From positions 24,180,001 through 24,244,000 of the forward strand of contig NC_045706.1 in NCBI RefSeq assembly GCF_009834535.1: a stretch of DNA of 64,000 nucleotides, written 5' to 3'. The notes beneath the pieces were generated by a model. That model had not been told where the DNA came from, searched no databases, and saw only the letters and a program-made list of their open reading frames with translations. The translations under genes were made by a program, and so were the position numbers. Below are positions 9,901-21,900 of this stretch, piece after piece (position 1 is the stretch's first letter; each line of letters begins with the position of its first letter). This DNA comes from Camelus ferus. Lineage: Eukaryota.

Positions 9901-12900
9901 GCAGCTGGGGACAGGAATGGAATGGGACTTACTTTGATCTGCTTACCCTTTTGTACCTTTTGAACTTTGTACCATGTACATTTGAATCACTTATTTAAAA
10001 AATAAACTGTAACTTAAAAATTAAGCAAAGACTCACAGGTGCTCCTAGGGGAGTACTGTAGAAGTACTGGCTGAGGACCTAGGCTGGAAAACAGGCCCTT
10101 CCTCTCAGCCCTGGCTGTCCCTGGCCCGACCCAGACTCCCAATGTCAGGTGCAGGGAGAGGAGAGGAAGTAAAGGGTGCCATACTTACGTCCTGACTGAC
10201 CTGTAAAGACACCGTATGGTAGCTGGCAGGCACGCCTTCATCCTCATCGTCATCACTATGCCCACCCCGAGTGGCATGTTGGCTGGAGGTTCGAGGTCGC
10301 CGAAGCACTGAGCTTTCCTTGGATTTCTTCTTGAAGCGGTTCCCTTTGCTGTCATATTTGTGACTCTTGCCACGTTTCTCCTGGGACTTGCACCCTGAGC
10401 AGGGCCAGACCCAGGTCACATTTCCACATCCATGGGCACAGATGGCCTGCCTTTTCCTCCCTTTCCCCTATAATTCACATGGCTACTCCCCAACTGCCCA
10501 TTCATCAGGTGACCCACCGCCATTCAGACTGGCCTCCACAAAGATGCGGAGAGTCTTGACACAGAGCTCAAAGTTGTCAGGTGTGATGTGGGCAGCGTCA
10601 CGCACGATGAAGGACAGTGACTCTACGCACTTGAGCAGGGACTTGGTGTCATGTGGCCCGAGGTCCAGCCCCACTGTTAGGCTGTACTGATTGACCAGGG
10701 GTGAAGGGCCTGGTCGGCTGGGCCCAGGCCCTGGCTTGGAGTTATCGATATCATCCTTCCCCACCTGTGAAGTACAGAGGAACTAAGAATCCAAGCTTGA
10801 CCCCGATCTTCCCTGAGATGCCCTCTCAGAAGACCAGGGACCTTTCCCACAGGCCAAGGAGGAAAGACCCACCCGCTGCCCGTACACTCACTCACCACTA
10901 ACCAACCGCTGTTGACCACATCAGCATCTGTGGCAGATCGGTGAATCTTGCCAGGCCTGCCATGGTCAGTGTAGACCTCTGAGTCAGAAGTGTACCCTCT
11001 GTCTAGGCTCACATCATTTTGATGGTAGGTTGGGAGCTCACTGTCAGACTGGGCCCCTGAGCCAGTAGGGAGAGGGGCAGAGTCAGGGTGGAGATGTGGA
11101 CATTGGGATGAAGGATAATTTCAGCTCTCAGAAGAAAGGTGTGGAAGCCTGGCCTCTCTTTTCTCTTGGTCTGGTTTAATTTCAGCCCTGTCACCAGAGG
11201 GCTGAAGGATGGCCTGGAGAGCTTCTCTCTTGACCAAATGCGGCAGCAGGCTAATTTGGGCTCCTGATGGCATCTAGTAGCAGCTGTCACGGAAGGAGGT
11301 GGCAATGAGGACATAGTTTCTGAGAAAACAGTTCTCAGAACAGTAGGAAGCCTGGCTTCATAGCCTTCTCCCTTGCCTACTTGCCTTTACGCTGTTTAAT
11401 CTGGGTAATGGGGAGAGGCCAGTGGGCACAGGAAGCTCTGGAAGCAGATGGCAGAAGCCAGGGGTGTTTAATCTGCTGAATGCTGCAATAACCTGTGTTT
11501 TGTCTTCCTGTCTCAACCACTGGGGCCATAACTGTTTATCTGCCAGTGTGGGTCCCTCTGGGAAAAAGCTTACCAGCATCAGGTGCATCGGCCCTGGCTG
11601 TGGCCTGCAGGGCAGCTGGAGGCTTTACGCCAGAACCAATGCACTCCAGCAGTGTGAAGAGGGTGGCCCAGTCATCACCTGAGTGGATGTTGGCTGCGTT
11701 GGTCTTAAGGAGTTCATGGAGCCCATAGGCTATCTGGTGACTGACTCGGGATAGCACGCTGGGCTTCATTAGTAGCAAAATGCGCAGGGAGAGCAGTACC
11801 TGGGGTGGGGATGGAGAGCAGGAAGTGGGAATTGGGCACACAGCATCTTGTCTAGTCTCCTCCCCAACAAGTCTCCTTAGGCCAGTGAGGACAGTTTGGC
11901 TAAGATCCAACTTAGCATACTTTGTGGACAGATGGCCAGGCTAGGGATTGGGGTAGGAAAGACGCAAGTGTGGTTATAAAAGGGCAACATGAGGGAACCT
12001 ATGGTGTTGGAACTATTCAGCATCTTGGCTAGTGGTGGATATACAAACCTACACAGGTGATGAAATTGTGTAAAACTTACTACACACATGTATACACATG
12101 TTTAGTACAAGTAAAACTGGGGAAATCTGAATAAGATCAATGAATTGTATCTGTATCAGTATCCTGGTTATGATACTACAGTTTTGCATAATATTATTGG
12201 TCTTTTCCTTTTTTCAGTTTTTTAACAATTAATTATTTATATTTTTAAAAATTAAAAAAAATTTTAGGGGGAGGTAATTAAAAAATTAAACTTTTTAAAT
12301 TGAGATAATTATAGATTCACATGCAATCTATTTTGTAATACAAGTGTTGAATATGTCAGGTAATTCATTGAATACTGTACTGAAAGTGGCAAACAGAATG
12401 GTTTTCTGGGTGCAGAACAGTTGAAAGCGCATCAGTTGTTCACCTCGTGATGGCGTGGCTGACTGGGAGCTATGGCTTCCTGCACTGCTCAGCATCACAA
12501 GAGAGTACTGTACTGCGTATCACTAGCCCGGGAAAAGATCAAAATTCAAAATTCTGAGTATGGTTTCTACTGAATGAGTATTGCTTTTGTAAAGTCACGG
12601 TAAACTCAAAAAAATCTTAGTCAAACCATTGTAAGTTGGGGGCCGTCTGTACACTTTACCCATTTTACCCCAATGGTAACATTATGCAAAGCTATAGTAT
12701 AGTATCACAACCAGGATATTGACATGGATACATTTCACTGATCTTATTCAGATTTCCCCAGTTTTACTTGTATGTGTATACATGTGTGTATTAAGTTCTA
12801 CACAATTTCATCACCTGTGTAGGTTTGTATATCCACCACTAGCCAAGATACTGAATAGTTCCAACACCACAGGTTCCCTCATGTTGCCCTTTTACAACCA

Positions 12901-15900
12901 CACATGCCTCTTTCCTGCCCTCATCCTTAGCCCCTGGCCATCTGTCCACAACTTCTAAAACTCTGTCATTTCAAAAATGTTACTTGTGTGTGGGGGAGTT
13001 GGTGTAGCTCAGTGGTAGAGCATATGCTTAGCATGCACAAGGACCTGGGTTCAATCCCCAGTTGCTTCCATTTAAATAAATAAGTAAATAAAGAACCAAG
13101 ATTTATTAAAAAATAAATAAATTCCAACCAATCCAACTTAAAAAAAACACACACACAAATGTTATATAAATGAAATTATATAGTANNNNNNNNNNNNNNN
13201 NNNNNNNNNNNNNNNNNNNNNNNNNNNNNNNNNNNNNNNNNNNNNNNNNNNNNNNNNNNNNNNNNNNNNNNNNNNNNNNNNNNNNNNNNNNNNNNNNNNN
13301 NNNNNNNNNNNNNNNNNNNNNNNNNNNNNNNNNNNTGGAAATCATCTGGGCTGATTCTGGTTTTTGGCTATTACAAATAAAGCTTCTATGAACATTCATG
13401 TATAGGTTTTTATAAGAAAGTAAGCTTTCATTTCTCTAGGAAATGAAGTGCCCAAGAGTACAATTGTTGGATTGTGTGGTAATTGCATTTAGTTTTATAA
13501 GAAACTGCCAATAGACTGACTCTATCATTTTACATTCCCATCAGCAATGTCTGAGTGACCCACATCCTTGTCTACATTTGGCGTTATCAGTATTTTCCAC
13601 TTTAGCCATTCTGATAGGTGTGAAGAGGTACGTAGTGATATCTCATCATGGTTTTAATTTGCATTTCCCTGTTGGTTAATGATGCTGAACATCAATTAAT
13701 CATCTTCATGTGCTTATTTTGCCATCTGTGTATCTTCTTCAGTGAAATGACTGTTCATATCTTTTGCCCATTTTCTAACTGGTCTGTTTTTTTACTGCTG
13801 TGTTTTGAATTTTTATATTTTAGATATTAGTCTTCTTCAGATAGTTGACTTGCAAACATATGCTCCTTGTCTTTACATCCTTTTCGTTACTGGCTCTCCT
13901 AGAGTAGAATCTTTAATATTGATAAATTAGACTTCATCAATTTTTCCTTTTATGGATGATTGTATTTTTGGCATCAAGTCTAAGAATTCTTTGCCTAGCT
14001 CCTGAAGATATCCTCCTATACTTCTTTCTAAAGGTCTCATAGTTTTACACTTTACATTTAAATCTATGTTTCATTTTGAGTTGATTTTTCTGTAAGGTAT
14101 AAGGCTTAGGTCAAAGTTCATTTGTTTCCCCGACCCCTATAGATACCAATTGCTCCTGCAATTGAAAAGGCTATCCCTTCCTCCATTGAATTGTTTTTGC
14201 ACATTTGTCAAAAAATTAATTAGGCATCTTTGTGTGGGTCTATTTCTGCATTCTCTAGTTGCACTGATACATGTGTCTATCCCTCCATAAATACACAGTA
14301 TTGATTACCATAGCTTTATAGTAAGCCTTAATATCAGATTAATGACTCCTCCCACCTCCTTCTTTCTCAAAATGTTTAGCTATTCTAGGGTCTGTGCTTT
14401 TTCATCTAAATTTTAGTATAAGCTTGTCTATGACTACAAAAAACCTTGTTGGGATTTTCATAGGAGCTGCATTAAACTTGTAGATCAATTAGGGGAGGAA
14501 TGACATCTTTACTATGTTGAGTCTTCCAATCCACAAACATGGTATGCCTCTTCATTTATATGGGTCTTCTTTGCTATCTTTCATTAACATTTTGTAATTT
14601 TCAGCATACAGATCCTATACATGTTTTGTTAGGTGTATATCTAAGTATTTGATTTCATTTGGAATGCTTGTAAATGGTTTCATTTTCCACATGTTCACTG
14701 CTAGTATAAAAAAATGTGATTAATTTTTGTGTACTGATCTTGTATCATGTAACCTTGTTGAACTCACTTATTATTTCTATGCTGGTTGTCTAAGTTGGGC
14801 CAAGAGATCTCAGGAGGGTCCTAAGTATGAAAGCCAGGAAACCAGGTATAGGGCTGAACTGCCACAGGGCAGCAGCCATCCAGCCCTACTGAGCAGAGCT
14901 GCTAAGTACCAGCTCCATGCCTGAGGCCATTCCAGACTCACCCCCCAATGCTACCTGTTAGACTCCTCCAGCCCCTATGTGTGGTAGGTCACTGGGCTCA
15001 TGCTATGGAGCACTAAATATACTCTGTCTTAGGCCATATCTGTAACTGATACTGTGACTTGAGTCCCTTGCATACCTTTCTGCCCTCCTGGCTGCACTCT
15101 GCTTACCTGGCCACTGATCTCCTCTCTCCGGAGTAGCCGAATGGCTAGGCGCAGCAGCCCCACCACTGCCCGCTCCACAAGGAAGCAGAAATCCTGTGCC
15201 TGGACACACAGGTGGTACAGATGGTCTCGAACAGTCTGCCACACACAGCCCACACGGTCCCTGAGGAACATAAAGGGTGAGCATAGTCTCAGCTATAGAG
15301 GCCAGTGGGCAATAAGCCTCCTTTTCTGACTGAGGCTAGGCCTTTCAAGGGCTCAGTGTTATCACACCCTAAGCATGCAGATATGAGCGAGCTTCTCCTC
15401 CACTGCCTATAGCTTCATGTGCTTCTTGTCCCTAGAGCCCACTCTACAAGATTAGTCCATGCTTCCATCCCTTTGGCACAAGCTCAGTATGAAGCCTGCC
15501 TAAGGACTGCCTTCTACCTGTTCTCCAGCACAATCCTCAGCAGCATCTCCAGGCAGAAAGCAGCATCCTCCTCATCATATGTCTCTTCATCTGGTGTCAC
15601 TGAGACCAGAGCCTGGAGAAGAATAATAGCAGGAAAGTAGGCACGGAGGAGAAGCCAGCCACTGGCCCAGCCCAGACAGAATTTGAGGCACATGCCACTC
15701 CTGTATGAGGAGGTCTCCTCTCCTGGACCCAGCCAGCCCTTTCATCCCTCTTTCCTCTTCATTCTGTACCTTCATGAGCTCCTGCAGTGACTCCAGCTGG
15801 AGGAACTTGCTTTCTGTGATCATCTTTTCTGGGTCACATTGCTAGAGGGGCCACAAGAGAGAGAGGGGTTACTGATAAGGACTAGAGGGAAGAGAATGTT

Positions 15901-18900
15901 CCCAAGAGCTGGGGAGAGAGGGCAGGAGTCAGCACTGGTCACAAACTCTGGATGATTCTATTCTTCAGTTCATAGGACAGCACCTGCCTAGTAGAGGGGG
16001 TCTAGGCTTGTTTAACCAGGGGTAGACAGGGGCAATTACCTTGATACAGTCCAAGGCCATTCGCTTGGCCTCTTGGTTCTCAGTGGATGGGCCCCGCACA
16101 CTAGACTGCTCAGTACCACTTAGTGTCAGCCAGCTTACGAAGCTCAGCACTGTTGACTCTCCTCTATACAAAGAAAGTACAAGCCCTAGTGAGCTCCAGA
16201 GTTCTGATCCTCCCTCCCCAACATCTCCAGCCTCTGATTTGCACTCACCGGTTCGATGGTGTCTCCTCCCGCTGTAGAGATATCTTGCCGTTGGGATCCA
16301 CAAAATCTTCTACCTGGAAAACCAAGTCAAGAATAATTTCTTTCTACATGCCCTCTGCATTTCCTGCTCCTCTATGCTAAGTTCTCTGGCTTTCTTTCTG
16401 TTGCTCTCTGCCCTACATTATTGACTGGGCCCCTTCCAACTGGTGACTGGCAATGACTTCTACCAGCCTTCCTTTACAGCTAGCCCCACCGCCAAAGATC
16501 TGTGGTTTTACATTTGAGGTGTTGCCGATAAGTTTCAGCAGGCATCAGGCCCAGTGCTATTCTCAACCAGTTCTATATACAGACAGTACATAACCGTGGA
16601 GTGCTTGCCTTATTGTTACTGATTAGTCTCCTACCAAGAATTACCTCCACCATAGCCTTGGGTAGCAGCTGGGCTCGGAAGAGCTGCAGCATGGCCTCCA
16701 TGATATTCTTCCAGCCCTCCCTCAGGATGTCACCATGATGATGGGCCAAATGGAATACTGTCCTGGCTGCAATGTGGGCTTTAGGATTGCTTCCAAACAC
16801 ACTGGGCAGGTTCTCAACAGACTGGAAAAGAAGATGAGAAGATGCTTAGGGGCTGGCAAATGTCTTGAAAGGTGATTCTCTTAGGCCTCTAACTCTGGTT
16901 CCCCAAGGGTCCTTCTGCTAAGTTCTGCTTTACTCCCCCATAATACTGGTGGGAAGGGCTAACCTGGTTAAGGCCTTCCCCATTATTTCATCTCCTCTCT
17001 CATCCCCATTATATGAGGTGACACTCTTCTCATGCTACGGTATGTCAAACAGAAATGGCCGAAGCTCTACTGCAGTCGAGGGGGATTGAGAGAATACGCT
17101 GAGGGAAACCAATTTCACAGATAAGGGCAGATCTAAAAGAGAGGTCCTCCCTTGGAAGTCGAAGTACACAGTTCCTGTCCCTGCTCACCTCACTGCTGAG
17201 AGCTGTGAATTTGCATAGAGAGATGATGAGATTGTCAAACACATCACTGAGGCCATAGTGGGCGGAGATCATGGCGCACTTCCTGCAATGTCACACACCA
17301 GAAACAGTCACTGGAAAGCCAGGCAGCCCTTCCAAGTCCTTGAGGGATTCTTCCCTAATCAGTCCCAGGAAGAAATCTTTTACTCTTGGGTCTGTGTAAC
17401 ACTGAGCTTTGCCAAACTTCAGCCTCCCTCTAAAAACTCAGAAGGAACCCCATTCTAAGGAAAACAAGAGTAGAGGTCAGAGAGGCATGGAGGAAACTCA
17501 GAGAGGTGAGGGAGGAGATCAAGACCAAAGTCAAACCCCAGCTACCTGAAGCCTGAGATGGCTTTCTGGATGATTGTCTCCTCAAGGCTTTTGTCAAAGA
17601 CATAAGAGAGAGCAGCAATAGTGGGGCCCCAAGTCATGGTGAAGAGATCAAGATCATAGCTGCCAGAAGGCACACGCAGGAATATGCCCTCTGGGGTGGC
17701 ACCTCGATGAAGCAGCACATTCCATACATAATTCTCCCGAACCAAGCCTGTTTGCTCCTCAGGCATCACAATTTCCTCATTCCTGTCAGGAGGTAATGGA
17801 AGGAATAGGTGCACTGCTGTGAACCTGGCTGGTTACAAGCTAGGACAAGGGGCTTTGCCCATTACTGGCACTTTCCATCAATAAAAGGCCATAAAAACTG
17901 CAGCTCAGTGGTCTGCTTCCCCCTGACCAGTGGTATGAGGGAGAAACAAAGGAAGTATCCCATAATCTCCAAGCTCTATCTCTAAATGGGCCTTTGGTTC
18001 TGTAGTAGAATCTCATATTCTTTCTGGGTATAAAAGGATGAATAATTCTATCTTTTCTGATTTACAGTAAAAACCTAAATGTCCTATATTTGACCTCTGA
18101 CCCAAACCCCTCACCCTCCAGCACCCATCCTGGTTTGTTTTTGTTTTTGTTTTTTAACCAGAATGCATCTTGTAAGCTAGACAGGAAAACCCACTGCTCT
18201 GGGTTCGGAAAATGGGGCCATGACACTCCCCTTAGTAGAGGCAGTTTGGATCCTAGCTCAGAGTACTAGAATTCCAGTACTGTTCAGGATTCTTTAAGGA
18301 ATAAATGAGTTGAGGGAGAGGGTGCTGCCCAGCTAAATTGTGAGGCTAAATCCAGGGCATGAGTCATTGCAGTCTGATGTGACTCTCAAATCTGGAAAAG
18401 GAAGCAGAGTGCTTACCCTTAACAGAGATGCTACACCATTCTCCCCACATACTCACTTGATGGCATGGTACATGTCCTCTAGGATGTCTTGCTCAAAGTC
18501 CTTGCCTCCATTCACACCTTTTAGGTTTTTTCGAAACTCCTAGAAATAGGGCAGTAAACTTTTTACCCCATGTGTCAATGCTGAAGCCCCACCCAAGGAA
18601 CTCCTGGGTCTGTGGTAAACAGGACTTAGGAAACAGTAAGTGGAAGAATCCATCTCCCTACCCGAGTTCCTATTCTGGATTGGCCAGCCCTCTCTGACTC
18701 CCTTGGACAGAACCTTGCCTATTGTGCCCTCTGGAAATCCCATGTCTTTCCTGCTGCCTCCAAAGCTGTGCTGGATCTTCTCTGCCTTGGCTGAGATCCA
18801 CGCTTACCTCCAGGGTCATAGGTGCATTCTGTTTCCGAACGTTGTGGTTGTGCTGGTCAGTATTAAGCATGATGACAGCATAGGCCAGGGCAAAGCAGGC

Positions 18901-21900
18901 ATCACTATTGGCAAATGGGGAGCCATTACAATTCTGAAAAAGCAAAGACCCCACCTATGTCAATGTCCTTCTCTGGCCAATCAAACCCTTACTACCAACT
19001 GACTGGTCAATGCTGGTACGAAGGGAAGGTACCAGCCAGAAAGCAGCCCACCTCTTGCCAACTCCTTAAAGAAACCTGGCCCCTCCCTGGAAAGCTCATT
19101 GATGTTGCTCTCAGCCTTCTCAGGAGATAGTAACTGGGTCCTTCAGTTGGTTGCTCCAACTGGTACTGGGTTGGAGCCATTGGAAACCCTTAGTCAAATT
19201 AACTTGGGATGCTAGGCTCAGCCCCTGCCACTCAAACTCACCCTCCAATGTTCTGTGAATGCCTCTAGCAACCTCTGGATGACTGGTGCTTCCCCAGGCA
19301 AGCGGAAGGCTTCCAAGTAGAGACGGAGAGCTTCGTCCAGCCGCAGACCCTGAAAGCTGAAGGTGCTACAGGGATAGAAAGAAGGATGAAAGGCTTAAAA
19401 TATGTAAGGTGCAAATTGTGGGCACTCTCTTGAGCCACAGTCCCTCTAAGCTTTTCCTACTGCAAGAGGAGGCTGAGGTCTCTAGCAAAGGGAGCTATCG
19501 CCTGGTCATCTCTAACACAGAATCAGAATTTGACAACTCCTAACCATAGTACTTTTTACATCAGCATTTTCTTGCCAAAAACCTCATCCCTTGAAACCCA
19601 GAATCTACCCTGCACTCAGGAACACTGCTCCACCCCTTTGCAATGCTCTCTATGTAGAATGAAATGGTTTCCAAAGCTATCTTGCTGGAGACCTCTTTCA
19701 GATCCAACAAATACAAATCAGGAGAGTGGAGAGGAAGAATGTGTGACCTGGGTCACCAGCTAGAACTAATACTGCTTTGAGGGAGTCTGTGCCCCCAGAC
19801 TGACCATCAACTATGTCCCACATTTCTTGCAGCTTCCTCACCTCACAAAGCTCTCCAACAGGTCAATGTTTTTGCGGTCACTCACAAACTCTCCAATCAT
19901 TTTCTTGTCCAGCCGAGGGTTCTCTCGCAGCCACTGGGCTACCTCTGTGTTGTTCATTGGGATGGTGAGGAGGCCTTTTTCCTGCAGAAACTGGATCCCC
20001 TTCTTTGGTTTCTGGTTGAACTGCTCTGTGCCAGTGATCAGCAGCTGCAGGAGAAATACAGGATGTGTCAAAAGCTGCTCTGCCTCTAAACCAGACAAGG
20101 CCAGACCTCCATCATTGTCCACAGCTGGTCACCTAACAAGCTTCTAGGACATTGTTCTAAGTCACTCTAGAACTAAGGCTGAATCATATTGGCCCCTAGC
20201 TTTCCCTGATCTCCATAATTAACTAGAATTGGTTGAGGAGCTCCTTTTCACTCCTTTTCTGAGTGCTGATGATACATAGCACACTCCTCCAACTTGGAAA
20301 AAAAAAAAAAGTAGAAGAAAGAGACTAGAGAAAGTTATCTTCTCTCTCCAGTTTTATTGCCATCCCTGGTATGTGTTCACAGTTTAGTTTGTATCCCCCT
20401 TCTTTCTTTGGTTTCCTAGCTCTTAAGTTCCTGGGGTTTGAAGGACAAGATGAACTAATTGTAATGAAAACAACTTTTTGACTGTCTAGTCACAGCCCTG
20501 CAATCAAGGCCATACATAAACCAGTCATTTAGGCTGGCCTTAAGAGGAAGAAAGGGTTAAAGAGAAGATTTTTCTTTGTGTTAAAAAACCGAAAAGCAGA
20601 GTTATTTGAATTTTACTAAAGCTCCAGAATAAATGTCAATTCCCTTTTATTGCCAACTGTCACCCCAGGGCTTGAGATGACCAATAACCTCCAGTGACCC
20701 ACAGGATACCAGTTCCCAGGGCTCTTGTCACCACCAGTAACACTTGGCTCTCAGATAGGGCCAGGAGCACATAATAGAATATGACTGATTACATGGCTTA
20801 GGAGTAAGGGAAGACCTTCAAAGGAGACTGGGGGTTTGGTGAAGTCCCAACAAGCCCAAAGACTAGTCAGAATGAGACGCTCTCTCATTCTCTGAGGCAG
20901 AAACCCTACAAAGAACACTCAGAGGTGGGCAGAGGCTAAGCTCTGGGAATATCTATATATACCTTCTTTTTGTTCTTAATTTCAGTCAGTTCCCGTGGAT
21001 CTGGCAGGAGACAGGAAAATCGAGGTGGTTTCCGGGTAAACTTCTTGTCAGCTAGGAGAAAGAGAGGGAAAAACCAGTAAGATTCTTTTACTAGGATAAT
21101 GACTTTTGGAAGGTTGCTGATATACTCTCTAGTGAAAAAGGAAGATGCCTCAGAAAACTTCTTGTCCTTATCAGTCTTCCACTTCCCTACAAGTCCTACC
21201 TTCCAGAGCTCCAAATGTTTTCTTTCCTGTCTCTGGGTTTAAAGGCATGGTAAACAGCCAAGTTTCACTCAGGTACTGCCCTAGGGTGTTCCTGCTCCCT
21301 TCCCCTCTGTTCTCCACCAGGCCTTCTAGTTGAGGGAGCTTAGGATCATGGACATCCAGTACCCACCCCCAGAGTCACCAGCTTCCTCCAGAACACTGCA
21401 TCCTGGTTTTCCATGTTCTGCTGGCAGCCACCCTCCACCTGGCAGATGCAGGCCTGTGATGTCTGGGGCGATGCCTACAGATTTCCCATCGCTGGCTGCT
21501 CTCTCAGCTGTAAGAGAGAAGATAAGTGAAGGCTTATGGTGAAGGAAGCCAGGCAGAGCTGCAGGAGAATTGAGTCTTAGGCCAAGGAGACCTGCATGTT
21601 TGTACATAGGTCACCAGCCCTGAACAGGACAAACCCAAGCCCAAATAAGTAGGCACTGTCTCAGGCCAGTCAAACATTTGATTCTATAATTTAATAAAGA
21701 GCTTACCCAGTCACTTTCCCTGATCTTCTGCAACCTCAGTCTCAAGGAGAAGTTAGAGAAGATTAATTAGAGTAGAGGCAGACATTGGAGGTGGGAAAAG
21801 GTAGGGCCTGGATATTTTAGGGACAGAAGTCCTATATCCTTTAATCTATGTTCTCTTTTCTCCCCATAAAGAAATAATAATTATGTTTAAAAAAAAAAAA

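Noticed and set aside
12992-13070. tRNA-like sequences (also at 9520, 24190, 49785, 60130, 62620)
   Set aside because: These are SINE heads with AT-rich tails and TSDs, not tRNA genes
13185-13335. N-run possibly hiding an exon (also 35584-35712 and 28743-28874)
   Set aside because: Flanks are continuous L1 sequence or an A-rich tail, and no GBF1 exon is missing in these introns
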